Positions 48,251 to 58,977 of a DNA stretch of 64,000 nt are shown here, piece after piece (position 1 is the first letter of the stretch; every line of letters begins with the position of its first letter). The stretch is taken from positions 256,001 to 320,000 of the forward strand of contig JBMNIF010000002.1 of the NCBI GenBank assembly GCA_050950765.1, read 5' to 3'. Source of the DNA: Bdellovibrionota bacterium. Lineage in GTDB: Bacteria > Bdellovibrionota_C > UBA2361 > JAAYZI01. The notes below the pieces were generated by a model. That model worked only from the letters and a program-made list of their open reading frames with translations, had not been told where the DNA came from and did not search any database. The translations under genes were made by a program, and so were the position numbers.

Positions 48251-49755
48251 CCCTCCACTTTTTCATCAGACACTTGAGTAGTATCCGTTAACGGTTTTAA
48301 TTGTGGGAAGAGCAAAACATCCCTAATAGTTGGCGAATCAGTCAGCAACATCACCAACCTATCGATACCGATCCCTTCACCTGCCGTTGGCGGCATACCG
48401 TATTCCAAAGCTCTTAAGAAATCTTCTTCAATCTCTTGCGCCTCTTCATCGCCTTTACGTTTTCTCTCAGCTTGTGCTTCAAAACGTGCTCGTTGATCTT
48501 CCGCATCATTTAACTCAGAGAACGCATTGACCAACTCCATCCCTGCTACAATCACTTCAAAGCGGTCTGTGACATCTGGATTTTGTTGATTTTTTCTGGC
48601 AAGTGGCGAAATTGAAAACGGATGATGCGTAATAAAGACCGGATTAACGATCTTATGTTCAACCAATTCACCCCACAAAGCATCCACGCACCGTCCCCAA
48701 TCTTGTGGCTCCGGCAACTCTACCTTATATTTTTCCGCAGCGGCATGCACCCCCTCAAGGGTATTCAGATCGAAGGTGCGTTCAACACCACCGATCTCAT
48801 AAATAGAATCAACCATAGAAACGACCTGCCACGGCGGAGTGAAATCTATCTCCTTATCTCCGAACTTAACTTTCAAGGTGCCATTAACTTTCTGACAGAT
48901 CCGTGACAACATCTCTTCAGTAAGTTTCATTAAATCTTCATAAGTTGCATAGGCGTGATAGAACTCCACCATTGTGAATTCCGGATTGTGTTTTTTGGAG
49001 AGCCCCTCATTTCTAAAAACTCTACCTATTTCATAAACTCTCTCGATACCGCCCACTACCAACTTTTTGAGGGGTAACTCTAATGAAATTCTAAGATTCA
49101 TATCAGCATGCAAAGCGTTATAATGCGTGCTAAAGGGTCTCGCATCTGCTCCGCCTGCGATATTATTAAGAACAGGAGTCTCTACCTCCACAAAATCATG
49201 CTCATTAAGAAATGCTCTTAACTCATTAATGATCTTAGCGCGCTTAATAAAGATCTCGCGCACTTCAGTATTTGAGATTAAATCCACATAGCGATAACGG
49301 TAACGTGCTTCAACATCAGTTAAACCGTGAAATTTCTCAGGTAGCGGAATCATGGATTTCGTCAACAATCTTACCTGCTCAACAAGTAATGTTTTTTCTC
49401 CTGTCTTTGTAAGAAAAACGTAACCGCTAACGCCGATAATATCGCCGATATCAAACTTTTTAACTTCTGCAAACGATTCCTCACCAACGATATCTTTTTT
49501 TATATAGAGTTGTAATTTACCTTTACGATCAAGGATGTGCGCAAATATCGCTTTTCCCATAACACGCATCTGCACCAAACGCCCCGCAACGGTTAGACGT
49601 GGCGCTTTTTCAACATCCTCGACGATAGTACTATTTAATACATCAGCCGTATTTGATGTTATCTGCATATCGTTAGGGAAGGCGAAGCCGTTAGCCCTCA
49701 GTTCTTGCAACTTCGCTATCCGCACCAGTTCCTGTTCAGATCGTTCTTCTGCCAT
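48247..49755 (-). CDS. lysS: Lysine--tRNA ligase (class II)
   Basis: RYRYRYVDL, GGADARPF, FRNEG, YGMPPTAGEGIGIDR. Confidence 0.97.
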   Translation of the reverse strand: MAEERSEQELVRIAKLQELRANGFAFPNDMQITSNTADVLNSTIVEDVEKAPRLTVAGRLVQMRVMGKAIFAHILDRKGKLQLYIKKDIVGEESFAEVKKFDIGDIIGVSGYVFLTKTGEKTLLVEQVRLLTKSMIPLPEKFHGLTDVEARYRYRYVDLISNTEVREIFIKRAKIINELRAFLNEHDFVEVETPVLNNIAGGADARPFSTHYNALHADMNLRISLELPLKKLVVGGIERVYEIGRVFRNEGLSKKHNPEFTMVEFYHAYATYEDLMKLTEEMLSRICQKVNGTLKVKFGDKEIDFTPPWQVVSMVDSIYEIGGVERTFDLNTLEGVHAAAEKYKVELPEPQDWGRCVDALWGELVEHKIVNPVFITHHPFSISPLARKNQQNPDVTDRFEVIVAGMELVNAFSELNDAEDQRARFEAQAERKRKGDEEAQEIEEDFLRALEYGMPPTAGEGIGIDRLVMLLTDSPTIRDVLLFPQLKPLTDTTQVSDEKVEG

Positions 49756-49917
49756 TAGAGCACCTCAAAACTCAAACTAAATTCCTCGTATAATTATAAA
49801 ACATCTTGAATAGTTCTTTATTAGAACAAAATTAGCAAGTGTTTAAGGAAACAAATAAAAAAGAGTGCCAAGTTTTTTCTCCTCTCTCTTAAAGAGGTGT
49901 TTTAAGATCTTCTAAAC

Positions 49918-49957
49918 AAAAACACCTTCAAATACATAGCATTGAAAGGTGTTTTTT
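49918..49957. terminator. Probable terminator downstream of typA
   Basis: AAAAACACCTTCAA...TTGAAAGGTGTTTTT hairpin. Confidence 0.55.
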
Positions 49958-50009
49958 GTAGAAAACCTCTATATTATCCACTAAAAGACACTTTTTAATC
50001 TGTATCGCG

Positions 50010-51815
50010 CTATAACGTATGTTTGCGCAACACTGCTGGCAATACGGTTTTACGCAAACGAATACTTTGCGGTGTTACCTCCACCATCTCATCTTCTCGA
50101 ATAAAATCTATCGCTTTTTCTAAGGTCGGCGGAATAATTGGGGTTAAACGAACAGCTTCATCCTTTCCCGCTGCACGCATATTGGTCAACTTTTTAGTTT
50201 TGCACGGATTAACATTCAGGTCCGTATCACGACAATGTTCGCCAATAATCATTCCTTCATAAACTGGCATACCCGGTAAAATAAAGAGCTCCCCACGCGC
50301 CTCTAGATTCCAAAGAGCAAACGGCACGGCTTCGCCAGCACGATCAGAGACGAGAGAACCGGACTGACGTAACGGAAAATCTCCGCGATATTCTTCATAA
50401 CCTGAAAGGTAGGAGCTAAGGATTCCTGTTCCTCTGGTATCTGTCAAAAATTGATTGCGGTATCCGATTAACCCCCTTGATGGGATCGAAAACTCAATTC
50501 GAGCACGTCCCGAACCGTGATTAACCATCCCTATCAGATAGCCCTTCCTTTGAGATAATTTATCAGTCACAATTCCGACATAATTCTCATCACAATCGAT
50601 ATAAACGTGCTCAATCGGTTCAAGGCGTTTACCATCAACCTCTTTATATAACACCTCTGGACGCCCTACACTTAACTCAAATCCTTCACGGCGCATCGTT
50701 TCGATTAAAACTGCTAGCTGCATCTCACCACGCCCTTTCACGATAAAAGTATCGCTGACATCTCCACGTTCAACTTGCAGAGCAACATTAAAGAGCGTTT
50801 CTTTCTGTAAACGTTCCCAGATACGGGGCGCTTGCACAAAGCGACCTTCCTTACCTGATAACGGTGAAGTATTAGTAGTAAAACGCATCGCTACGGTGGG
50901 CTCTTCAACAGAAAGACGTGGCAATTGGATCGGATTTTCCTTAGTACAGATAGTATCGCCGATCTCCACCTCTTCAACACCGGCAAGAACGATAATCTCC
51001 CCTGGTTGCGCTGTATCAATCTCTACAAATTGCGGCCCATCATAAGCATGAAGCTTAACTACCCTAAGTGGCACCTCTCGATTATTACGATCTATGCGCA
51101 CTAAAGCATCCCCTGCATGTACATGACCACTAAAGATACGTCCGATAGCTAAGCGTCCGAGATAATCAGAATAGCCTAAATTAGCGACAAGCATCTGGAA
51201 CGGTTGATCTGGATCGTAAGATGGCGCAGGTATCTCTGAAACTATCGTCTCCATTAACGGTGTCAGATCTTTACCTTCCTCCGTAAGGGTACGCTGCGCA
51301 ATTCCAGATCTACCGATAGAGTACAAAACTGGAAAATCGATCTGTTCATCCGTAGCATCAAGGTCAATAAAGAGATCGTAGATCTCGTTTAAAACCTCTT
51401 CAGGTCGTGCATCTTGTCTATCAATCTTATTAACACAAACTATGATCTTTAAATTAGCTTCTAAAGCTTTTTTCAACACAAATCTGGTCTGTGGCAATGG
51501 GCCTTCTGCAGCATCAACCAACAAGACCACACCATCAACCATCATTAAAGCACGCTCTACTTCACCACCAAAATCAGCGTGACCAGGGGTATCTAAGATA
51601 TTTATTTTAATGCCATTCCAATGAACAGCACAATTTTTAGCTGAAATTGTGATCCCTTTTTCCCTTTCGAGATCCATATTATCCATAACTCGGTCTGTTG
51701 TAACTTGACCGACACGATAGATCCCACCCTGTTTGAACATATAGTCGACGAGTGTTGTTTTCCCGTGATCAACATGCGCAATAATTGCGATATTTCTTAA
51801 ATTTTTGTTTTGCAC
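50010..51815 (-). CDS. typA: Translational GTPase TypA/BipA
   Basis: RNIAIIAHVDHGKTTLVD, DTPGHADFGGEVER, KLTNMRA, EVTP.SIRLRK; GTG 51815 is the likely start. Confidence 0.97.
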   Translation of the reverse strand: MQNKNLRNIAIIAHVDHGKTTLVDYMFKQGGIYRVGQVTTDRVMDNMDLEREKGITISAKNCAVHWNGIKINILDTPGHADFGGEVERALMMVDGVVLLVDAAEGPLPQTRFVLKKALEANLKIIVCVNKIDRQDARPEEVLNEIYDLFIDLDATDEQIDFPVLYSIGRSGIAQRTLTEEGKDLTPLMETIVSEIPAPSYDPDQPFQMLVANLGYSDYLGRLAIGRIFSGHVHAGDALVRIDRNNREVPLRVVKLHAYDGPQFVEIDTAQPGEIIVLAGVEEVEIGDTICTKENPIQLPRLSVEEPTVAMRFTTNTSPLSGKEGRFVQAPRIWERLQKETLFNVALQVERGDVSDTFIVKGRGEMQLAVLIETMRREGFELSVGRPEVLYKEVDGKRLEPIEHVYIDCDENYVGIVTDKLSQRKGYLIGMVNHGSGRARIEFSIPSRGLIGYRNQFLTDTRGTGILSSYLSGYEEYRGDFPLRQSGSLVSDRAGEAVPFALWNLEARGELFILPGMPVYEGMIIGEHCRDTDLNVNPCKTKKLTNMRAAGKDEAVRLTPIIPPTLEKAIDFIREDEMVEVTPQSIRLRKTVLPAVLRKHTL

Positions 51816-52012
51816 TAATACACCTTCATTTAAATACACCTACTCGTGTATATCTTTTTAACGCCTCAAATTACTTAAGACGAAAAAGAAACGCCGACAC
51901 CGTGCTTTTCTATATAATGCTCTCTTAAACGGAGATGAAACATGATGCTCTGCGGTAAAAACCACTTAGGAGATCAGGAGTCAGAACGTTCATCTCTTTG
52001 GATAAAAACAGA

Positions 52013-54694
52013 TTACATTAAAACATTCACCAATTTTGGCACTTTAGTACCACTCTGGTAGACAACAATAAAGCGGTTTGCTTCAGAAATTTTAAAGGCA
52101 GTTCCCTGCATAGCTAAAATTACCGCCTGTTTTAAGTCGTCTTCAGTAACATCAACCGCAACATCAATTAAAGCACGTTTTTTCCCCGCTACTTGAACGA
52201 CGACAGGAACGGTATCACGCTCCAATTTCGCTTCATCGTAAATAGGCCACGACACATAAGCCACCGTCTCAGAGTGTCCCAAAATCTGCCACAACTCTTC
52301 GCCCAGATGCGGCGCAAAGGGAGAAAGTAATAGGACGAAGTCTTCTAAAGTTTTCTTTGAAACCTGCTCATATGTTATGGCATTTAAAAACTCCATTAAA
52401 GCCGATATCGCCGTGTTAAACCTTAACGCATCAAGATTTTCCGTTACCTTCTTTATTGCGAGATGACGAGCCCGTAAGGCAGTTGCCGACTCCTCGGCAA
52501 CTACATCACGCTGCTTACCATCAGCACCCACTATAAAGGCGTAAGCTTTCTTAAGAAATCTAAAAACTCCATTTATCGCCTGAGAATCCCACATCTTCAT
52601 GGCTTCTAAAGGTCCCATAAACATCAGATACATCCTAAGAGTATCGGCACCATAAGTAGCGACAACATCATCAGGGTTAATCACGTTTCTAAGAGATTTA
52701 GACATCTTAGCTGTAATACGCTCAACAACTTCCCCACTTTCTTTTTTACGAGCGACACCGTGCGTATCTTCTTCCACTTCATCCACAGGGATAAGCACAC
52801 CACGACTATCTTTGTAAGCGTAGCTAACCAACATCCCTTGATTAAAGAGTTTCTGAAAAGGCTCTTTTGTAGAGACATACCCGAGGTCGAACAAAACCTT
52901 ATGCCAAAACCTCGCATACAATAGGTGCAATACAGCGTGTTCCGCCCCACCAACATAGAGATCTACGGGCATCCACTTTTTCTCAAGCTCAACATCCCAA
53001 GCAGCTTTATCATTCTTAGGATCGATAAAACGGAGGTAATACCAACAAGACCCCGCCCACTGTGGCATGGTATTAGTTTCGCGCCTCCCTTTCTTCCCTG
53101 TTTTAGGATCAACAACATTAAGCCATTCAGTTGCACGCGCTAACGGAGACTCTCCACTCTCCGACGGTTTGTACTCCTTGACCTCCGGCAACACTAACGG
53201 CAACTCATCCTCTGAAAGCGCAGTAGAGGTGCCGTCTTCCCAATGAATTACAGGGATAGGCTCCCCCCAATAACGTTGTCTTGAAAATAACCAATCTCTT
53301 AAACGGTAATTAATAACCCCTTTTCCGTGAGCATTAGTTTCCAACCATGCGGTGATTAAACGTTTAGCTTCTTCATTAGTTTTTCCAGCGATTCCGATCT
53401 CTTGCGCCACTGGAAAATCACACGGCAACATCTCTCCCTCTTCCGTCCAGCACATTTTACCTGCTGCTACACCTTTAATAGCCTCAGTATCTCCTGCGAA
53501 CGGCACTATGACAGGTCTAATCGGAATGTTATATTTTTGTGCAAAGGCAAAGTCTCTATCGTCATGAGACGGCACTCCCATCACGGCACCCGTGCCGTAA
53601 TTCATCAAAACGTAATCACCGATATATAACGGCACTCGTTCATCTGTAATTGGGTTAATCACATAACTTCCGGTGAAAACACCTGTTTTTTCGCGATTTT
53701 CCAAAGTTCTAGCAAGCTCACTCAACTTACTCGCTTTTGTACAATACTCCTCAACCTCTCTTCTCTGTTGTTCCGTAGTTACTTCCGCCACACACGGATG
53801 CTCTGGAGAGACTACCACGAAAGTCACACCGAATAATGTATCAGGGCGTGTTGTAAAAGCGCTGATACTACTCTCTTTCCCATCGATGCGAAAAACTATC
53901 TCTGCTCCGAACCTTTTCCCGATCCAATTACGTTGCTGCTCTTTGATAGCTTCCGGCCAATCAACATCGTTTATCTCTTTTAATAACCGTTCAGCATATT
54001 TTGTAATCCTAAGAAGCCACTGCTTCATCGGTTTTCTAATCACATCGTGTCCGCCACGTTCTGACTTTCCATCTATAACCTCTTCATTTGCCAAAACCGT
54101 TCCAAGTGCTGGACACCAATTCACCATCGCATCTGAATAGTATGCCAAACGGTGCTGTGCTTGATATTCGAAGATAGCTTTTTCGCCTTGTTGTTTAACA
54201 CCCTCCGGAATCGGCAACTCAGAGATGGGACGAGCTTTTTGTTGCTCTTCATCAAACCAAGAATTATAGATCTTAAGGAAGATCCACTGCGTCCATCTGT
54301 AATAATCTTGATCACAGGTGGCTAACTCCCGATCCCAATCGTAAGAGAAACCCAACTTCTTTAACTGTTCGGTGAACCTTTGACAATTAGCTCGCGTCAC
54401 CTTAGAAGGATGCTCTCCCGTGTTAATAGCGTGTTGCTCCGCCGGTAGTCCGAAAGCATCGTAACCCATCGGATGCAGCACAGAAAAACCTTGCATCCTT
54501 TTATAACGGCAGAAGATATCAGTTCCCGTATATCCGAGAGGGTGTCCGATATGCAGCCCTGCACCTGATGGATATGGAAACATATCCAAGACATACATTT
54601 TTTTCTCTTGAGGCTCTCCTACTGCAAAAGTTTTATTATCACTCCAAAAGGTCTGCCATTTTTGTTCTATGCTACTCGGATCGTATTCAGCCAC
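52013..54694 (-). CDS. leuS: Leucine--tRNA ligase
   Basis: [30 protein letters not shown]. Confidence 0.97.
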   Translation of the reverse strand: MAEYDPSSIEQKWQTFWSDNKTFAVGEPQEKKMYVLDMFPYPSGAGLHIGHPLGYTGTDIFCRYKRMQGFSVLHPMGYDAFGLPAEQHAINTGEHPSKVTRANCQRFTEQLKKLGFSYDWDRELATCDQDYYRWTQWIFLKIYNSWFDEEQQKARPISELPIPEGVKQQGEKAIFEYQAQHRLAYYSDAMVNWCPALGTVLANEEVIDGKSERGGHDVIRKPMKQWLLRITKYAERLLKEINDVDWPEAIKEQQRNWIGKRFGAEIVFRIDGKESSISAFTTRPDTLFGVTFVVVSPEHPCVAEVTTEQQRREVEEYCTKASKLSELARTLENREKTGVFTGSYVINPITDERVPLYIGDYVLMNYGTGAVMGVPSHDDRDFAFAQKYNIPIRPVIVPFAGDTEAIKGVAAGKMCWTEEGEMLPCDFPVAQEIGIAGKTNEEAKRLITAWLETNAHGKGVINYRLRDWLFSRQRYWGEPIPVIHWEDGTSTALSEDELPLVLPEVKEYKPSESGESPLARATEWLNVVDPKTGKKGRRETNTMPQWAGSCWYYLRFIDPKNDKAAWDVELEKKWMPVDLYVGGAEHAVLHLLYARFWHKVLFDLGYVSTKEPFQKLFNQGMLVSYAYKDSRGVLIPVDEVEEDTHGVARKKESGEVVERITAKMSKSLRNVINPDDVVATYGADTLRMYLMFMGPLEAMKMWDSQAINGVFRFLKKAYAFIVGADGKQRDVVAEESATALRARHLAIKKVTENLDALRFNTAISALMEFLNAITYEQVSKKTLEDFVLLLSPFAPHLGEELWQILGHSETVAYVSWPIYDEAKLERDTVPVVVQVAGKKRALIDVAVDVTEDDLKQAVILAMQGTAFKISEANRFIVVYQSGTKVPKLVNVLM

Positions 54695-55059
54695 CGTCTT
54701 ATCTCCTCACAATATCACTGAAGCCGTTAAAAAACTTTTTTACACGATTCCTTTACTCAGTGTAAGCCGAGCTAACTATACTTGAATGACGAAAAAAATA
54801 ACACCCTTACGAAATATACAGTCAGAATTGCCCCAAAATTTGGGATCCTAAATCATTTTCAATTTTAATAGACTAAATTTTATTATTATTCCTCTGATTT
54901 CTTAGAATTATCAGATGATTGGCAGAGTAAGATCAATAATTAAATCTCTTCTCCCCCTAAATAACACCCCTCAAACAGTGCTAAAATAAGGTATTACAAA
55001 AATGCACCCTCCGAAGCACTTGCATCAATCAAGTTTTTCTTGTACAAACTAGCCCTACT

Positions 55060-55136
55060 GGAGTTGTAGTTCAGTTGGTTAGAACGCTTGCCTGTCACGC
55101 AAGAGGCCGCGGGTTCGAGTCCCGTCAACTCCGCCA
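55060..55136 (+). tRNA. tRNA-Asp(GTC)
   Basis: Cloverleaf with GGAGTTG/CAACTCC acceptor stem, CTTGC-CTGTCAC-GCAAG anticodon arm, TTCGAGT T-loop and encoded CCA. Confidence 0.97.
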
Positions 55137-55151
55137 CCACCCTTTTTCCTA

Positions 55152-55283
55152 CCGCGAGTTCAAGTCCCGTCAATTCTATTAGCGCCTTTTTCCGATCACG
55201 GGTTCAAGTCTTGTCGATCCTGTTAACGCCTTTTTCCAATCACGGGTTCAAGTCCCGTCAATTCTATTAACGCCTTTTTTCCA
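55152..55283 (+). repeat. Three tandem, roughly 44 bp degenerate copies of the tRNA 3' end plus flank
   Basis: CGGGTTCAAGTCCCGTCAA-type units at 55152, 55196 and 55240, versus the tRNA copy at 55107. Confidence 0.9.
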
Positions 55284-55337
55284 CCTTAATTTATTTATCA
55301 GTATTCAGACAATTCAATTTTCTTAGGACGCTCCACT

Positions 55338-55686
55338 ACGAAGGTCAAAAATTTGAATGGGCTGCAACTGCAGAACGGGATCGGCTAGATCTTGACGGAG
55401 GTTAAAAATCTGGTGCCACCCTTCAGATAAAAGTGGGTGTCCTAATTGGAAGGCTTCAGGGACGATTGTTAAAAATTTGGTGCCACCCTTCAGGGATGTA
55501 GAGGCTTTCAAATAGGACATCCAAACTTCAAAATTACAACATCAATAATATCAAGATGTTAGCAAAAGCTTAGGCTGGGCGAATTTGGTGCCACCCTTCA
55601 AGAACAGCTGAACGGGCTGCAACTGCAGAACGGGATCGGCTAGATCTGGACGAAGGTTAAAAATCTGGTGCCACCCACTAGTGACG
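55338..55686 (+). repeat. Cluster of full and partial copies of the approximately 78 bp dispersed repeat
   Basis: GGGCTGCAACTGCAGAACGGGATCGGCTAGATCT.GACG.AGGTTAAAAATCTGGTGCCACCC near 55359 and 55614, plus partial copies near 55454-55496 and 55573-55600. Confidence 0.85.
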
Positions 55687-55736
55687 CTTTAAAACGATCG
55701 TATCCTCTTTTTTAATTTTTACTAAACTCTAAAAAG

Positions 55737-55790
55737 TTATTGACATATGCCATAAATGGTGTGTAATATAGTAAATAACATATGTCATAA
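55737..55790 (+). promoter_or_regulatory. Sigma-70 promoter overlapped by two operator-like boxes
   Basis: TTGACA (55740), N18, TAATAT; boxes TGACATATGCCATAA and TAACATATGTCATAA. Confidence 0.6.
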
Positions 55791-55813
55791 ACTTTAAGGG
55801 GGTGAGAATAATT

Positions 55814-56071
55814 ATGCCTAGAAGAGATGGAACTGGACCGATAGCAGGAAGAGGCTTAGGTGTTTGCGCAGGTGCTAGTACAATAAAAGAGAGCAGCACC
55901 CTCACTGCAGTGAGAAGAGGTTTGGGACTTGCTTATAGACACGGCTGTGGTCGTCGTGGTTTCGGTCGATGTTTTGAAGGTAATCGAACTCAAAAAGAGG
56001 TGTTAGAAGAACAAAAAGCTGTATTACAAGATCGACTCGAAGTCATTAACAGGCGATTAGAGAACTTGTAA
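55814..56071 (+). CDS. DUF5320-like small Gly/Arg-rich protein
   Basis: MPRRDGTGP..GRGLG.C and C-terminal coiled coil ending KEVLEEQK...INRRL. Confidence 0.75.
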   Translation: MPRRDGTGPIAGRGLGVCAGASTIKESSTLTAVRRGLGLAYRHGCGRRGFGRCFEGNRTQKEVLEEQKAVLQDRLEVINRRLENL

Positions 56072-56135
56072 TGATCAACGAGAAGAATCGGAGCTCCCTC
56101 CGGTTATTTATATTTTAGAATGGAGGTGACTTACT

Positions 56136-56513
56136 ATAGCTAGACCAATGAAATGGAGAAGAGTTTGCTGCCTGCCTGAACGAAATAAATTCGGACCTCT
56201 CGATTCGCCTGCTGACGCAGAAAACCTTATAAAAATGAGTGTAGATGAGTATGAAGCTATAAGACTTATCGATCAGGAAGGCTTCACCCAAGAAGAGTGC
56301 GCCAAGCAAATGAACATCGCTCGCAGTACAGTTCAAGGCATCTATATAGAGGCTAGAAAAAAACTGGCGGATTCTTTGATAAATGGAAAGGTGTTACTGA
56401 TTGAGGGTGGTGAGTACCGACTTTGCGAAGGATCGAGAGATGGTTGCGGTCGCGGCTGTCAGAGACGTAGACGTAGGCAACGCTTTATAGATGACGTAGA
56501 TCAAGATAGTTGA
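56136..56513 (+). CDS. DUF134/UPF0251 HTH DNA-binding protein (expected start codon reads ATA)
   Basis: ARPMKWRRV...DEYEAIRLID..G.TQEECAKQMNIARSTVQ..Y..ARKK. Confidence 0.8.
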   Translation: MARPMKWRRVCCLPERNKFGPLDSPADAENLIKMSVDEYEAIRLIDQEGFTQEECAKQMNIARSTVQGIYIEARKKLADSLINGKVLLIEGGEYRLCEGSRDGCGRGCQRRRRRQRFIDDVDQDS

Positions 56514-56889
56514 TTATGTATTTGGAAAAACATTTGAGTATTTTATAAGTTTGCAAAATGCTCATATATCTATACCGAATGCAGCCTCAAAGAGGATTAT
56601 AAAAAACTTCTCTTTGGAGATTATCTGTTATTTAAAGATAAACACATTAAGGGGATCAGTTATCTTGTGTTTAAATATGGCGCTCCCAGCAGAGCATCCT
56701 GCATGACATCGATATTAAAGACAAGGCAAACCCCTCTCTTAAAGAAGACATTAAATATTACGGAAGGAGATATCGTTCAAGGTTTTAGGTGAAGTTCTTA
56801 AACATTGAACTACTCTGCTCAAACTTAGGTACGAATATACTACACAATGCAATTAAGAATTATTTAAAAATATAAAACGGAGGATTTTT

Positions 56890-57258
56890 ATGAGAATAGC
56901 AATTCCTGTCGATGAGAAAAACTTAGAATCGAACGTATGTGTATCCTTTGGTCGCGCCCCCTATTTCCTTATTTACGATATAGAAACTGAGGAAAGTATC
57001 TTTATTGATAACGATGCAGCAACAGATAAAGGCGGGGCAGGAATCAAAGCTGCACAAACGATCGTAGATAATAAAGCAGATGCTTTATTGACTCCACGTT
57101 GCGGACAAAACGCTGCTGATGTGATTAGTGCTGCCAATGTTAAGATCTATAAAGCGACCACTGGTTCAATCAAAGATAACATTGATGCCTTCACTGCAAA
57201 CAAACTTTCTTTACTCGACGAAATCCACAGTGGATTCCATAAGCACGGGAGCAACTAA
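56890..57258 (+). CDS. NifB/NifX-family (IssA-like) cluster-binding protein
   Basis: MRIAIP, FGRAPYFLIYD, GAGIKAAQ, CGQNA. Confidence 0.85.
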   Translation: MRIAIPVDEKNLESNVCVSFGRAPYFLIYDIETEESIFIDNDAATDKGGAGIKAAQTIVDNKADALLTPRCGQNAADVISAANVKIYKATTGSIKDNIDAFTANKLSLLDEIHSGFHKHGSN

Positions 57259-57259
57259 T

Positions 57260-58120
57260 ATGAAAATAGCTGTGCTAAGCGGCAAAGGTGGTACAGGAAA
57301 AACACTAGTATCAGTGAATTTAGCTGCTGCAGCGAAAATATCTACATATATAGACTGTGATGTCGAAGAGCCGAACGGACATCTGTTTTTCAAGCCTAAG
57401 GAGGTTCACCTCGAAGAAGTAACAGTAAAAATCCCTCAGGTGAATGAATTGTGCTATGGATGCCGTGATTGTGTTAATTTTTGCAAGTTTAACGCTCTCG
57501 CATATGTCAAAGATAAGTTGATTATCTTTGAGGAAGTTTGTCATTCCTGTGGTGGTTGTATTTTGGTCTGCCCTAAAAAGGCACTAACAGAGAAAGAAAA
57601 GATTATCGGCAAAATCCAAAGAGGGGTCTCTGAGCAAGTGTCGGTACATACAGGGATATTAAATATCGGTGAAGCCTCAGGAGTTCCTATTATTAAAAAG
57701 TTACTTAATGAAAAGAATTCTAAAACAGATACCTTAACTATTATTGACTGTCCCCCTGGAAGCGCCTGTATCGTAATGGAGAGCATTAAAGATACGGACT
57801 ATTGCATTTTAGTAGCAGAGCCTACACTCTTTGGTGTGCATAACCTAAACATGGTGTATGAGCTAGTAAAATTATTTAATAAGCCATTCGGCGTTGTCCT
57901 TAACAAATGTTTGTTGGGAGAAGAAAATCCAGCAGAAAAGTTTTGTCTAGAAAAAAATATTAAGATTTTAGAGCAAATTCCATTTGATAATGAACTCGGA
58001 GCTTTAAATTCCGATGCAGAGATTGTTGTAAGAAAAAATGAAAGATACCGCGAGTTGTTCTCTTCCTTGCTTGATAAATTAATAAAAGAGGTGCAGCATG
58101 AAGCAATTGCTAATTCTTAG
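57260..58120 (+). CDS. MinD-like P-loop ATPase with inserted 4Fe-4S ferredoxin domain
   Basis: SGKGGTGKT, DCDVEEPN, CxxCxxCxxxC twice, DCPPG. Confidence 0.88.
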   Translation: MKIAVLSGKGGTGKTLVSVNLAAAAKISTYIDCDVEEPNGHLFFKPKEVHLEEVTVKIPQVNELCYGCRDCVNFCKFNALAYVKDKLIIFEEVCHSCGGCILVCPKKALTEKEKIIGKIQRGVSEQVSVHTGILNIGEASGVPIIKKLLNEKNSKTDTLTIIDCPPGSACIVMESIKDTDYCILVAEPTLFGVHNLNMVYELVKLFNKPFGVVLNKCLLGEENPAEKFCLEKNIKILEQIPFDNELGALNSDAEIVVRKNERYRELFSSLLDKLIKEVQHEAIANS

Positions 58121-58973
58121 CGGGAAAGGTGGCACTGGAAAAACCACTATTGCAAGCGCATTTATAAAGCTTGCTGATGCCAAAGCATATGCGGATTGTG
58201 ATGTAGATGCGCCCAACTTACACCTTGCAATCGAATGGAGCATTGAGCCGAACAAAACAGACTATTATGGACTACACAAAGCAGAGATAAATCCAAAATC
58301 ATGCACCCGCTGTGATAAGTGCAGACAAAACTGCCGTTTTGATGCTATTTCAATAGAAGAAAACTACACGGTTAATCCCTTTTCATGTGAAGGGTGTGGT
58401 GTTTGTGAATATGTTTGTCCTGCAAATGCGATCACGATGAACCCGTCAGTAGACGGCGAACTAACCCTTTATTCTAACGCTGAAAAAGTTTTTTCCACAG
58501 CACAACTTAAGATGGGAAGCGGCACTTCTGGATTACTCGTCACAGAAGTAAAAAAACGGATGAAGTCAGCAGGAGTTGAGACTGAACTGGCTATTATTGA
58601 TGGCTCACCTGGTATAGGCTGCCCTGTTATAGCATCTCTTAGTGGTGTAGATATGGTTTTAATTATCGCAGAACCTTCCGTATCAGGGATTAGTGATATG
58701 GAACGCATCATAAACACTGCAGCAAATTTCGGAATTAAGACAGCCGTATGTGTAAATAAATTTGATACCAATATTGAAATTACGGAAAGGATAGAAAGTT
58801 TCTGCTATCAACAAGGTCTTGACTTTGTGGGTAGGATACCGTTTGACCCTAAAGCGATAAAAGCCGTCAATAGTGGTCAAACCATCGTAGATATAGATTG
58901 TGAGTCAGGGGCAGCCCTTAAAGAGGTTTATCACAAAACGATAAGTCTACTCCTTAAAAAAGTTGGTGTATAA
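58098..58973 (+). CDS. Second MinD-like P-loop ATPase with inserted 4Fe-4S domain
   Basis: SGKGGTGKTT, DCDVDAPN, CTRCDKC / CEGCGVC, DGSPGIGCPVIAS. Confidence 0.88.
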   Translation: MKQLLILSGKGGTGKTTIASAFIKLADAKAYADCDVDAPNLHLAIEWSIEPNKTDYYGLHKAEINPKSCTRCDKCRQNCRFDAISIEENYTVNPFSCEGCGVCEYVCPANAITMNPSVDGELTLYSNAEKVFSTAQLKMGSGTSGLLVTEVKKRMKSAGVETELAIIDGSPGIGCPVIASLSGVDMVLIIAEPSVSGISDMERIINTAANFGIKTAVCVNKFDTNIEITERIESFCYQQGLDFVGRIPFDPKAIKAVNSGQTIVDIDCESGAALKEVYHKTISLLLKKVGV

Positions 58974-58977
58974 AGTT

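Noticed and set aside
55107..55283. CRISPR array or additional tRNA genes
   Set aside because: Sequences between the cores are homologous to each other, and the copies lack D and anticodon arms
55088..55520. ORFs 55088-55270 and 55323-55520
   Set aside because: They overlap the tRNA and repeat elements; spurious
56514..56889. Possible HD-domain gene remnant (ILHDIDIK)
   Set aside because: Single short motif; cannot be supported without a search
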